DNA from: Trichoplax adhaerens
Taxonomy: Eukaryota; Animalia; Placozoa
Assembly: GCF_000150275.1 (NCBI RefSeq)
Contig: NW_002060948.1
Span: 5,768,411 to 5,832,410 of the forward strand
Direction of reading: 5' to 3'
DNA: 64,000 bases
Below the pieces are notes generated by a model. The model saw nothing but the letters and a program-made list of their open reading frames with translations. It searched no databases and was not told the DNA's origin. The position numbers were made by a program, and so were the translations under genes. This document shows positions 25,893 through 38,700 of the stretch, piece after piece (position 1 is the first letter of the stretch; each line of letters opens with the position of its first letter).

Positions 25893-28800
25893 TTATTACA
25901 ATACGTAGTGTAAACATCTTCACAATCAGGCACTTATGCAATATTATAATATAGAGTACTGTACAATTTATTTATTTTCGTAAGATCCTATTATCTTAGT
26001 CTTAAGCTTATTTGGGGCTCCACTACAGGTACTAATTATGGAAACTATTGAGGCTGATTTCCAAATCTAGACGCTATTCCTTAGTGTGACAGCTATTGGA
26101 TTCCTTACACAGAAAACATATTTGTTTATCCCGTAGATTTCAGGTATTTTTTTGCATTGTTCTTCGTTTATAATGAACACTGTAATTTGTCTTAAATGGC
26201 TTGTACTTCTGATTATTTTTAGTCTTTATTGAAGATTTGCATATTTTGCCGAAATTTACTAACCCAACAAAGTGAGTTTAGACGACCTGACAGACACTAT
26301 GCTCTCCTTTCTCTTAATAGATATTTTGTAGCTAGATCGTTTCGGTAATTAGATATCATAAGTTAGCAATTGTGTGAGATAAGTATTTCTTGTTATTGCT
26401 ACAATAAAAGGTATGTTCTTCTTTGAAGCGCAATTCGAAGTAATTTTAGAATTTTCATGTGTGCAGTGATCAAGGAATGTCAAAATTTAATGGTGTGCTA
26501 CCATAATTACCTACAGTAACATATATGTAAAGCTTGGCATATTACATTAGTGCAAACCAGATTTCTTTCAATATTATCGCCCTCAGTCTCTGAATATATA
26601 ACCATACCAGAGAACTTCTATATCTGAATGCACACTGCATTCTATTTGCGATTATTAAAATCTTCTGTGAAGCTAATATTGAGTCTGCCATTTAATTACG
26701 CAGAAGCCTTTGCGAGTATATTGTATTAAGAATCATATCTAGTGTTAATATAATTTCTCTCTGAAATATCTAAACCATACAGGAATATCCTGAAAAGATG
26801 ATAATAATTATTGCTATTAAATGTGATTTCTCGTTGAAAATATCTACGGATATGTCTTAAAAAGATGAGAATGTATTATTGCTTCTAAATATAATTTCTC
26901 TTTGAGAATATCTAAAAAACATACTGTTATATCTTAAAAGGATTAAAACGATGATAATATTCATTGCTTCTATTGATGGTAAAAGTACAGAAGTAGACTT
27001 TTAATTAATTAAGAATTAATTCCTCAAATACTTATTTCTTATTAGAGTCTCACATTAGCTGAATAAATCATCACATTATTGACTTAAGTATAACTTAAAG
27101 GCCTAGATGAAAATCTAGAGCCAAACAGATGCAACTGATTGATTCAAAAATGTTAAACCTCTTCAATAATTAGATTCATTCACAGATTAACGCACAGTGA
27201 ATTAGCATGAAAACATGATGCTATGCATGATGATAGCATTCATTAGCTCTATTATGAGATCTTTTTAGAGTAGGCAATCGATTAATGACAATTTTATTAA
27301 GTTTGCATGAATTTATACAACTTACATTATTTTACAATCTATGTGAAACTTATTTAATCATTGACCAACTACAAATAAAAAAATCGGGTTCAGAGAATTA
27401 ATATCTGCTTTCTTGAAATTCAATAATATTTTTTATACTCTTGTTCCATGGATATTGTTACGTGACTTGCATATTTATTAACCTGCACGAGAATTAATGT
27501 CATAGAGGCTTAATCTTAACAATTGTTAAAATTAACTTATTCTATCAATTAGGTTTGGTTTTTACTTTATATTTTATCTTATTCTATTCCAAAATTAAGG
27601 CAGTAATTGGTGCTATTAATTCAAATTCCAATCTAAATATTATTATTATGTAATTGTTGGGAGATTAAATTAAAATAAGGATTATTAATTTTTGTTTCTT
27701 TGTAATCTATAGAAATTTATAACTTCACTAAGATTGATTGATTCCATTTAACTTGTATGTAAATGATTGAATTGTGAATGAGTTGAATGACAGTTTTGAT
27801 TAGCAACTGCTATAATAATAGAAGAAATATAGTCAATGTCATATTAAAATAATTTTAATTGGACGTGGTTAATAATAACTCTCTATGTTGGCTTTAAAAT
27901 TAAAATGCTTACTTCAAAATTTTCAATTTAAAGTTTAAACTTTTCCATTATATCAAACCGGAATTGTATCGCAGGCAACAAACAGAACATTTGATTCCAT
28001 AGTAGGACTGATATTCATTAAAATAAAATTAATTTATGAGATATGATAGTTACTAATGGATAATAGCAATTTAAATTGGACAAAATATCATGCTCACTTC
28101 TAAATAGATGAATTTGATATATGTATAAGCGTATGATCATAAAGGGTTAATCGTCAGTTAAATTATTCAACATAGCCCGGCAACATCAATCTGACTGATA
28201 GCTAGTCTACAGTGGTTTTGTGCCTAAATAACCGTAATTTAAACTATTTTCGATTTGGATATTCCAAACTTTAGCGTTATGGCTATCAAAATTTGCACTC
28301 GTATAAACTATTTAGTGTATGATAGATCCACATTACGATAGTGCAATGACAAAATTTGGAACGCCAAAGTTGTCCGAAATGGGGAGTGATATAGAAACGT
28401 CTTTAATCACCAAGGTTGCTCAAATTCATTTCAAAATTTCGTAGCTAATGTAGGCGTTTTTTAGCACTGATAAAATGTTTATTTGAAAAAAACCATTTAG
28501 TTAACAGTAAATATATTAATCAAAAATATTTCATGTTTAAATTTAAATTTAATTTAAATACATTACGATATGCTAGCATAAAATTGTCGTGCCACTTTTG
28601 CTGAAGTAATCCACTCAATTCATTACCATAGCTTAGCTTTTATTTTTAATAGAGTGGTTACTAAGATGGAATAGGGTAGAGAAATGCCTAAAAAATGCTT
28701 TCTGCTATACCGTTGATTTAAGAAATTTATCCTTTTTACATTTTAATCCTATCAAAATATTGTATTCTTGACGTATTTCTTTACCAAGCATCATCATGGT

Positions 28801-29281
28801 AATTCTTTTACCTTAAAAATATTGTAAATGCTTGTAATTAACAGTTCATGCATAAATTGGCAACATAACAGGCAGAAACTGCATAAGCATTAAAAGAATA
28901 GTCTAATATAGCATAAGCATAGTTTTAATATAATGATGTAGGAATAGGATTTTAATTTACTATAATTTTTTAATACATTTCTAAACCAATCATTTTGTGT
29001 TAGTTTTCAAGGGAAGTGTCAAAATGTCATTCTTTTCAACGTCTTTATGAAAATATCGATTTAATTGGTTAGCTAGTTTTATTCAAAAACAATAAAAATT
29101 AATTACTGTTCTCAAAATATTTTCTAGCTTCCTGTTTAGCATTTGTATTTAATTAAGGAGGATAATATTTCTTTTCTAAACCTTGAAAACACCACAACGG
29201 TGAAAGCCTTTCGACAAGTAGCATTTGGATAGTCCATGGTGTATGCGTTGTACGTTTTATTTTAAGCTAGCCTAAATCTAA

Positions 29282-29920
29282 TACTTCGTCAACTAGGTAA
29301 GTGGATGATCAAATTCTTTTATCGAAATTTATACGCTGTAATATCAATCATGTAATGTTTCATTTTTTTTAATATTTGCGGCTATTTCATAAGGATCGGT
29401 GATCACTAAAAATGACTAGTCAATCTTGTAGTTTATTCCATCCGACATCGAATATTTATTTAACAAATAATGAAAGAATTGACTTTACTCCAAGTTATAT
29501 TTAGTACTAGTAATTTAGCGTAGCTAAAATCAATTGAATTATTTTAATGTATAAACCACTATAGTTGAAGTTTGTGCCTGGTACACATGTTCATATATTT
29601 AATTTTATGTCTTTTAAGTTTAATTTTCGCCAACTAGGTGAGTAAATGATCAATTTCTATTACCAAGTTTACATAATATGAATCTAAGTAATGATTTATG
29701 TCTTAAATATTTACGGATATTTTGTAAGGACTGGTGATAACTAATAACTACAGTACTATAAGCAGTGTTCTAGTTTATTCTATCAGACATCAAATATCAA
29801 CTGAATAAATAATAGATATTGTTGACTATTTCTCCAAATTAGATTTAGAACCTATGAACTTAATGCAGTTAAAATAAATTAAATTACTTCAATACACAGA
29901 TCATTATAATTAAAATTTTC
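29282..29920 (+). repeat. Diverged direct tandem duplication (about 342-bp period) upstream of paralog E; each unit begins with a splice-donor-like site
   Basis: TTCGTCAACTAG|GTAAGTGGATGATCAA vs TTCGCCAACTAG|GTGAGTAAATGATCAA, with collinear downstream similarity (TAAGGA..GGTGAT.ACTAA, TAGTTTATTC.ATC.GACATC). Confidence 0.75.
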
Positions 29921-30952
29921 GGAAATGGAGACTCAAATCATGAAACGTAAGTTAATATCTGCAGCGTTACTAAAGTACTTTGAAAACAATGAGAAATAAT
30001 AAATAAAACATCGGTTCTTACGACCCAACTTTTATCATAGATGATAAGAAGTAATAACCAAATCCTTGAGCAGTAATAAAATTAATCTTCAACTCAGATT
30101 CAAATACGCTTGGTCTACTTTCTACTCTAGTCAACAGTATTTTAAAAAATTGACTTTAACTATAATATAGAATTCCAAAAGACTACAATGACTTTATAGT
30201 AAAATTAAAAACTAAAAAATTAAAACACATTGTTCCATAAAAGCGTGATCGCTTTTACTCTAATAGTTCATTCTAAATTACTTAAGCCTGACTTTTTCTA
30301 AGTGAAATAGAATTTAATATCCATTTCTTTGTCTTTGCGTTTTACGCTCATACGTAGTACAAAGTTTCTTCCAATATATTTTTATACTTACATTTGTAGT
30401 GGAGAAATTGACAGGTATAATGTAAGTCTTACCTCTATAGTTTTATTACTTACCTAGCAAGAATTGAATTCTATACTACCTAGGATAGCATAAAAGTCGA
30501 CTTGACTTAATTGATGATAATTATGCTACATGTGCATCGACAGGAGACTTAAATTTATAAAATTTATTTTGATCCATGTAGCCAAATAGTCATGTAGCGT
30601 AATTTAGTATTCAAATTAGAAAACTTCCAATAAAGTAGACAGTTTATGTTGCTTTAGCTAAATAACTAATTTAAAAAGTAGAAATGTATTATTCAATCCT
30701 TAATTAATTTGACGTCATAAAATGTAGCACAAATAAACTTCATAATTATCCCTAATTAATTACAGATTTTTTGTTTTAAATCAAAATTCAAATACGGGTG
30801 TTATATATGGCTTATAACATTTAAATTAAAATTAAAATTAAAGAAGTTAAAATAATTTATTCAATTACGTCAAAAACTGCTAATTTCAGCAAATCCAGGA
30901 CTAACAGAAAATTTCCAGTTTAGAAATTAACTCATTTAAAGTTAAACTCAAG

Positions 30953-33180
30953 ATGGATTCAACTAAAAAGCTTCGCGATGAAATTACCAACTCTGTACAC
31001 CAGGACAGGTTAATTACTTTAATGCGCCAATTAACTTATGAATGCAAAGCGATCGTCATCATGGCTACCCTTCTAGTAGGCGTAGGAATTGCTAGATTAT
31101 CAGTACCAAACTTTGCTTATTACACTCTTGGAGTAGGATTATTTGGCCACTGTTATTGGGTTGGAGGATTGGTAAGTAATACTATCTTCAATAAATATTG
31201 GATTAACATTCTAAGCTGTTATCCTATTTGCTAGTAAGCTATATCATGCATCAAAGTAATGGCTTAGACATTTATCCATGATTACTACTAATCCAAGTAT
31301 AAGATTTGATCTTCATTTACTAATTACATAGGAGGTTTTAGCGAGATCCTTAGTTAACATCAGGCTCTATTTACTCAAATTGCTATCAGCAGCCATAAAT
31401 ATATGATGGATACACGTAGTACAGCAACTTACTCTAAGACATCCTTAAGAAATCAGGCTGCTACTCTAAACACTTTGATATAATGCGTTCTCCGCTTATT
31501 CCGGACAAGCAAACATGTTTTGATAACTTATTTTAGTTAATTGAAAGCATTTTCACAATAACTGCAGTAGCTTATTCCCATAATCAGTACAGAGAAACTC
31601 ATAAATATCATTTTGAATCAAAAGGATATTTTATTTTAACGTTAAAAATACTTACACCTCAATTATTAGAATCACGATAGCTTACGTACATGTTCTCTGG
31701 CTATCGCATTTATTAGTGCAATAGCTAATCCAAGTATATATGATTCGATCTTCATTTACTAAATATATATGTATAGTAATATATATAAATTATATAAGAA
31801 GTTGGACAAAATTCTTAGTTCATGCTTATGAAAATTGTACTCTTCTGCCAATCTTTCTGAATCAAAACCGGTGATTTTATTTGTTCTTTCCCAATGTAAA
31901 ACATCTATGAATATTGGAACTGTGGTGATTTGATATTCATATCATTATAATAGCTATTAACTCTTATATGCGTAATTTATACTTAAATAGTTGCAGTAAT
32001 TTCTATTTTCTACAGTGTATGCTATGTTCATGTAGAATAATTAGAAATTGCGATTGAAATAGATTGCCAAGACAACCCAGCTTTACCTTCTCTTGTCATG
32101 CTACGTTTAGATTATTATTACCGGAATAGTTGGTGTTATGGTTCACAAAGATGAAATTTTTCTTAAGTTAATGGTAGGTTTTGATTTTAATTAATTAATA
32201 ATGCGTCTAATCTAGATCATTTCGTAAACGAAGATTATCAGTCATCTTCAGAACTATTTTTTAAAGAATACTAATACATTTCTGCGACAGTCTAATTTTC
32301 AGAACTGCTATTAGTGATCTTATACATTTATTTCATATAAATGGAGGACGTTCTTTCATCAAAATTTGCTATTTTTAATTTTATTTTATTCCTTGTAACA
32401 AACCAAAAACAAATTCTTCAGCAATCATTTGCCACCTAATTAAAATTTTAATGCTGAATTTTCGTAAACAGTCAATTTTTTTTCATTTTAATTGAGCAAT
32501 ATAGCATTTTAAGAAGCACACTTTATTTTTTCACCGTTTTCAATTTAGAAATAAGTCCTACGGGATATATACCTTACGTCACTAATAAAGCTAATCATGC
32601 TCTTAAAATCTGCTAGATTTGCTTTGATATAAGCGTTAATGAAATATTCAAAACTCTAAATATTACCAAATCAATTTCTATGAGTTGATATCCTACAACT
32701 ACTGCACTATGCATTATACTATTCGCTAATCAGGATCTTAAATTGAATTTAATAAAGGCTCAAATCCATTTAGGATTTGCAATTGCAAGCACCGTGGCAG
32801 TAGTAGCAGGATTTGGAATTGTCGTCTATAATCTAAGTCGTCTACCGTCGCTACCAGAGAGAATTAATATCGTCTATAACTTGAATAACTGGTCAAAAAC
32901 TTATGGCATGGTAGCCAGCAACGCCATCGCTGATATTATTATTTTGATGGAATATATTATCTTTTTTTGCATATGCTTGCATTGCATTATAACCTATAGA
33001 ACTCTTCCTCAGCAGAGCATAGTTGATGAAAGGACCAGTGATATGGTTAGCTTTGTGGCTTAATTATGAATTTCTGTAGATATATTAAACTTTCCTTACA
33101 GTATGATCGTATATGTATGTTGATTTCGTTTATTTTAGGTAAAAATAATTGGCGCTGAAGTTCCTTTAAAAGACATATAA
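30953..33180 (+). CDS. MS4A/CD20-like four-TM protein, paralog E, the most canonical member (exons 30953-31171, 32111-32173, 32758-33045, 33139-33180; about 203 aa)
   Basis: GHCYWVGGL|IIITGIVGV resembles the MS4A TM2 consensus GYPFWGGxx|FIISGSLSV, and TM4 ILMEYIIFFC resembles the MS4A LLEFCI motif. Open frame with canonical splice sites. Confidence 0.85.
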
Positions 33181-35797
33181 ACAAAAAGCTGTGGGGCAAA
33201 TTACCAAATCATTTAATAGCAGCTTTTTAGATAATTAAATTAAGACTAAAGACAATAAAACGTACAAGTAAACAAGTATCACGACATACAGTTATTTAAA
33301 GAATAGTTATGAGGTATATCATCCACTGAAATAGTTCAAATTCGCCTAAATTTTCTCTGTAAGTTTAAAGAACAGCTAATAGTGTGATATTATGTTTTGC
33401 TTATGACCATTGCCTAGACTAACTTAAGTATCGTAGTTTAAAGATGATTGGCTAATTGGTGTGTGCTTGAACATCGTAATATCAATAATTGGTTATTATT
33501 ATTAGTCACAGTTGCATTTTCACGTTTATTGCATATTAATCTATACCATCATGAAATAACGAAGTGAACTTCTTAAATTAAATTATCGCAAGCTAGTCTT
33601 CCCATATTACTTATTTGTACTGTATAAGCCTCATAGTAGCGCTTATACATTCGTATTAAATCCCAACTTTACATCACATTCGGTTATAATTATAAAAGCA
33701 TATAAGTAATTATAGTAATACTCCATATTTACGGCAATAAAATGAACGATAACTTCATAACTTATTAGGCTTTTAAATTAATTGAAATGCTTAACTAGAT
33801 TGGATATGTAGATTCTACGGTATTAGCATTCATTTAGATGCCAGTTTGCTAACAATTACTAAGTATCAAAAATTCTGACACGAATGGCAATGTTTTATAT
33901 CGCACTAACCAGTCATACTTTATTGCTTATATTAATATCATATTGAGCAGAATTAGGCCATCATTGTATGCTTTCTTTGGATATTGATCGATAAAACAGA
34001 TCAGTGTTTAGGTATAATTCATACTAGTCCGTAACTTCTAAGTAAATAGAATACATGATCACGATCTAGCAATATCATGTAAGCGCTAACGTATTGAACG
34101 TAAACTGTCGTACTCTATGAATAAAAATTATTGGAAACATCTAGAGAAGACTATCCAACTATTCTTTATGCTCTGACTATGCTACAGAAGCAATATATTT
34201 GAACTTAAATTAAGGCGTCAAATCGTAGCCTCAGGATTAGATAATGGATAGAAAATAAGCGTGAAAAAGTAATGGAAAATTGTTTCCGCAGGAAGAGATT
34301 AATGAAATATAAGTGATATAATGAAGAATATTTAAAGTATTTGTTGATAAAATGAATTACTGTATCAGAATTGTTTTCTACTAGTACATGGCTACGGTAT
34401 GTTAGATACTACCAGAGACCGAAGACTAAAAATACTGTGCTCTACTATACATTTATTATCATCAACTTGATACCAGTAGCATATGTAATATATAAATTTA
34501 GCGTGGCCAGCAATGTCCTAAGGGGTCTTCTTGCTCTACCACAGAAAAATAGGAGTAAAGAGTACAGAGTCCAATTGTAGGTGTCAATCAATTACTTTTC
34601 TACAGTGAATAACAGCCAGGTTGGCTAATTTTTATTCGCCTGACCAAATACCACCGACACTGCAGTATTGCCTTCTATATTTTTCATTATAAATTTTCTT
34701 GGTCTAATAATTTAGCAAAGCATTCTTTGATTGAAAAGCGTGCTAAGTCTTGATGGCCTTAATTACTGGTAACATTAAATTTAATTTCAATAGCAGATTT
34801 AGTAAAAAACCGATACAAACGTAGTAATATTGCAGTTTCATACAATAAAGACGTCATTTAAAACGGACCTTGGCGGAATATTTGAGTAATATTATCCACA
34901 AAGAATGAGGCTATTAGGCCTCAATAAGTATATATTTTATTCCAACAAGAATTTCAAGAAGAATTTCTTTTACAGCTTCTTGACAGATAGCATATGAAAG
35001 ATATATTATTACCGCTAGATATTCATCATATCCGTTTGTAACGAGTTCAATATAGAATAGTTCTGGTAGATGCATCTGATTTTTAGCTGTCTTATAGGAT
35101 TCTTTTAAAATATTATTAAAAATACATGAAATATTTTAAGTTGATTTATCATAACGTATATTATAATCCTAGATTGATGGTCACAATAGGTCTCCCACTG
35201 GACTTAAGTTCGATTTGTAAACTCGATATGACATTCCAGCCTAATTATTGAAGATACTTTAGATACACATTCAATACTGTTCTTAACCCCTTAATGTTGC
35301 ACGAAAATCATGCTCAATCTAACTTATAAGTTATATTGACATTATTAATACAAATAAAATAATTTCACGTTCTATCTAGTCTTTGGACTTCATACAAATA
35401 GCACAATATGAATATGTTATTCTAAAAGGTAAAAATTAGCATCTCGCCTACAGCAAGCAGTGACAGCTAAGACTTTGATTGGATTAAAACACTTGGTAAC
35501 TATTTATTTATTATAAATTAAATTAGATCTTCATCTTGTGGAATGCTAAGATCATGTGATCAGGGTCTAGACCAGGATGAACATGCAGTAGTACTTTATT
35601 CACTCAATTTTAACCGTAAATGACCAGAATTGGGGTATTCTCGAGTCCGAAAACTAGGAGCAAAACTACAACTGCAAAGTACAGTACTTAGTGAGCTTAT
35701 TAAGAGAATCAGTAAGCTGAAAAATTTCAAGTCTATTTCAACATTAGGTATTAGTCCATATTATCATTGCCATCTTCAGTAAGATAGATGAGATAAA

Positions 35798-38700
35798 ATG
35801 GACAAAATATCATGGCTAAGCTTGATAATTACCCTCTTTATTAGTTGTAATGTAGTTCTTTCTATACCCTTGTCCCAATTTTTTCCGTATGGATCCTCTG
35901 CTAATAGTCTTGATCGAACTGTTCCACGCAGCGACTATCAAAAAATCCTTTATACATCTACAGTTGACTATTTTTTCTATAACAAGCATTATAAAACGAT
36001 TCAGGTAAGTCATATACAGAATATAAATTTCTGAAAGCATATCATCTAATTAAAATTACCTACTAATTATTAATATTAACAATGATTTTGAATTTAAAGC
36101 GTGAATAAATATGGCTTAAAGTTTTCTATCTTTCTTTCATACTAACCCTGCCTTAAAGTAGTGCTAAATCTTGCGGAGCTACTCTTCTATTGATGCAGAC
36201 GCATACAGATTATAGATTTTATCGGCTAATTAAATATAGTAGGGACTATTTAAATTTTTAGTCTATCCCAAACTAAAAATTTGTATTATTGATTAACATT
36301 AACAATGATCTTAAAACTGAAGCGTGAACAAGCATGGACTAGAGTTTTCCATCTTTCATACTAACTCTTGCATTAAAATAGCGCTAATTACTCTTTTATT
36401 GATGCATATGCATATGGATCAATAGATTTTTTATCTAATTAAACGTAGCATTGGCTATTCCAATATTTAGTCTATCCCAAAATTGAAAATTAGTATTATC
36501 CATTAACTTATATTAGCGACGATCTTAAAGTTACTGTGTGAGTAAATGAGGATCAGAGTTTATCAACTTTCATAATAACTCCTGCATTAAATTAGTACTA
36601 GATCTTGTGAAACCATTTTTCTATTGATGTTGATGCATATGTATTACTAGATTTTATCAGCTAATTAATCGTAGGTGGGACTATTCTAATCTTTACTTTA
36701 TTCTAAAATTGGAAATTAATCATTTTAGCATTACTATTGCTATGTGTAACAAATGAGAATAAAAGATATTATAAATAAGTTAGATAACTGATATCGATAT
36801 TAATTACAGTGCAGTTAATAAAATACGCTCATTGTAATTTTTTACATATAAATTCTTTGCTAAGTTCCCTAACAGTGTTTCTCCTCGCTGTAATTACTTA
36901 AACGCTACCGTTGATTTCTCGTAGATTACGTTTTGTATGACAAGCGATCCTAAACCATTATTAAGCCATCTAAAGAAAATGGATTTCTTCTTTTAGATCA
37001 CCTACGAAAATTAGTAATACTAATTCGATATCGCCATTCATCGCTAATATGTTGATAAGAGAATAAAGTATAGGCTGTATTGAAAAGAATGTTTGTCGTT
37101 TATACTAATATTGTTCAAAGTTTCTGTTCAATTTCAAGTAATTGTTCGTAAATGAAATAGCAGTTTCTGCTTTGCTTCAGTAATCTAATTACCACATACT
37201 TTACCCTTAGCATGTAAATAAGTGTCTATACGTAAGATCATCGTCAATTTAAAATGTGGTCGAGTAAATAGATCACATCATGTTCCCTGTAAGGCAGTTG
37301 TTCGTAGATATAGTCGAAATTCCTAAATTAAAAGATTTTCATACAGTACCGTGATCAAATTTTATGCATTTTCTTAGGTCATATGTAAATATCTTGATTA
37401 GCATCACAACTATTGCTCTGATATTAACTGCTAAGCTTATACCTACGCACATAAGTTTAACGATTCCTCAGCATAATATAATCAAGTGTTAAATATTTTT
37501 TTAAAACTTCGCCGTGTGTAGAATTAGGACCGTAATGCAGTAATAGTCTTATATTAACTGAAACACTTAGGTAATAAAATTGATAAAAGTTGTAAAATAG
37601 ATACTTCTAGTATCGATAAATTTCAAACCAATTGCTGCGTTATCGATGCTATTCTAACTATTTCGAATAATACATCTTTGTTTATGGAATATATTCGCTG
37701 TGATTAACAACTAGAATTTTTCCTATTCATTCATTGCCCTATTTTGATGTCGAGTAATAAATTATTTTAGGTCCATACTAATGGCATAATTACATTGGGA
37801 ACGGGTGCAACATCCATGATAGCCATTAACTTCAATTTAGATTCTATTCGGATACCCATAATTTGTCCCTTTGCCGATCACATCGATACAAGAGGAACTG
37901 GTGTCATTTATTACCGCGAAGATTCAACAGAGCAGTTGTTAAGTCAAGTATCTACTAATATCCAAAAATCATTTACAGGAGCGTCTACATTTGTAGCCCA
38001 AAGAGCATTTATCGCAACTTGGGAGAATGTCGGATTTTATAATTCGAGCAGTACACCAGTAAGTGCTTACAAACTGCATAAAATAAGACTTGAAATAAGA
38101 TGCTACCGTAAATATCGATTTAAAAGTTACTAACTTAACCGAATAAGCATGTCTTTATCTTGTTATATTCTTACTAGCCTGATTATTACAATATTGAATT
38201 AATGAGGCATTTCCATCATTTCTATTTCATGACATAATCTACGTTCAGTTTTCCTTATCCACTCTTAAAATTTTATTGTTGCATGCCATACTTAGCTACA
38301 TATTTATTATTCTCGAGACTTATTCACCATTTCTATTTCATGACATAATTTACGTTTAGTTTTCCTTATCTACTCTTAAAAAATTTGTTGTTATGTGCCG
38401 CACTTTGCTCAGCATGGAAATATATTAAACATCGAATTACATCTCTTATTACTCTTAGCTATATACAATCAATAGATCTATTTGCTCATTTGTATCTAAT
38501 TAAATGAATTTATGATCATAAATAGTATTAATAGTAAAACTGTTTTATTTTTGTACAATTTAAATTTTGATGTCATGATCTCAGAGATAGACTATACACA
38601 AAAGTTATAAGTAGGGACTCCTAAGAAGTCTTTGGTTTAAGTATTCTAAGCATAAACTATTTTTGAAATTTCAGAATAAATCCAATCTTATTATAATTAA

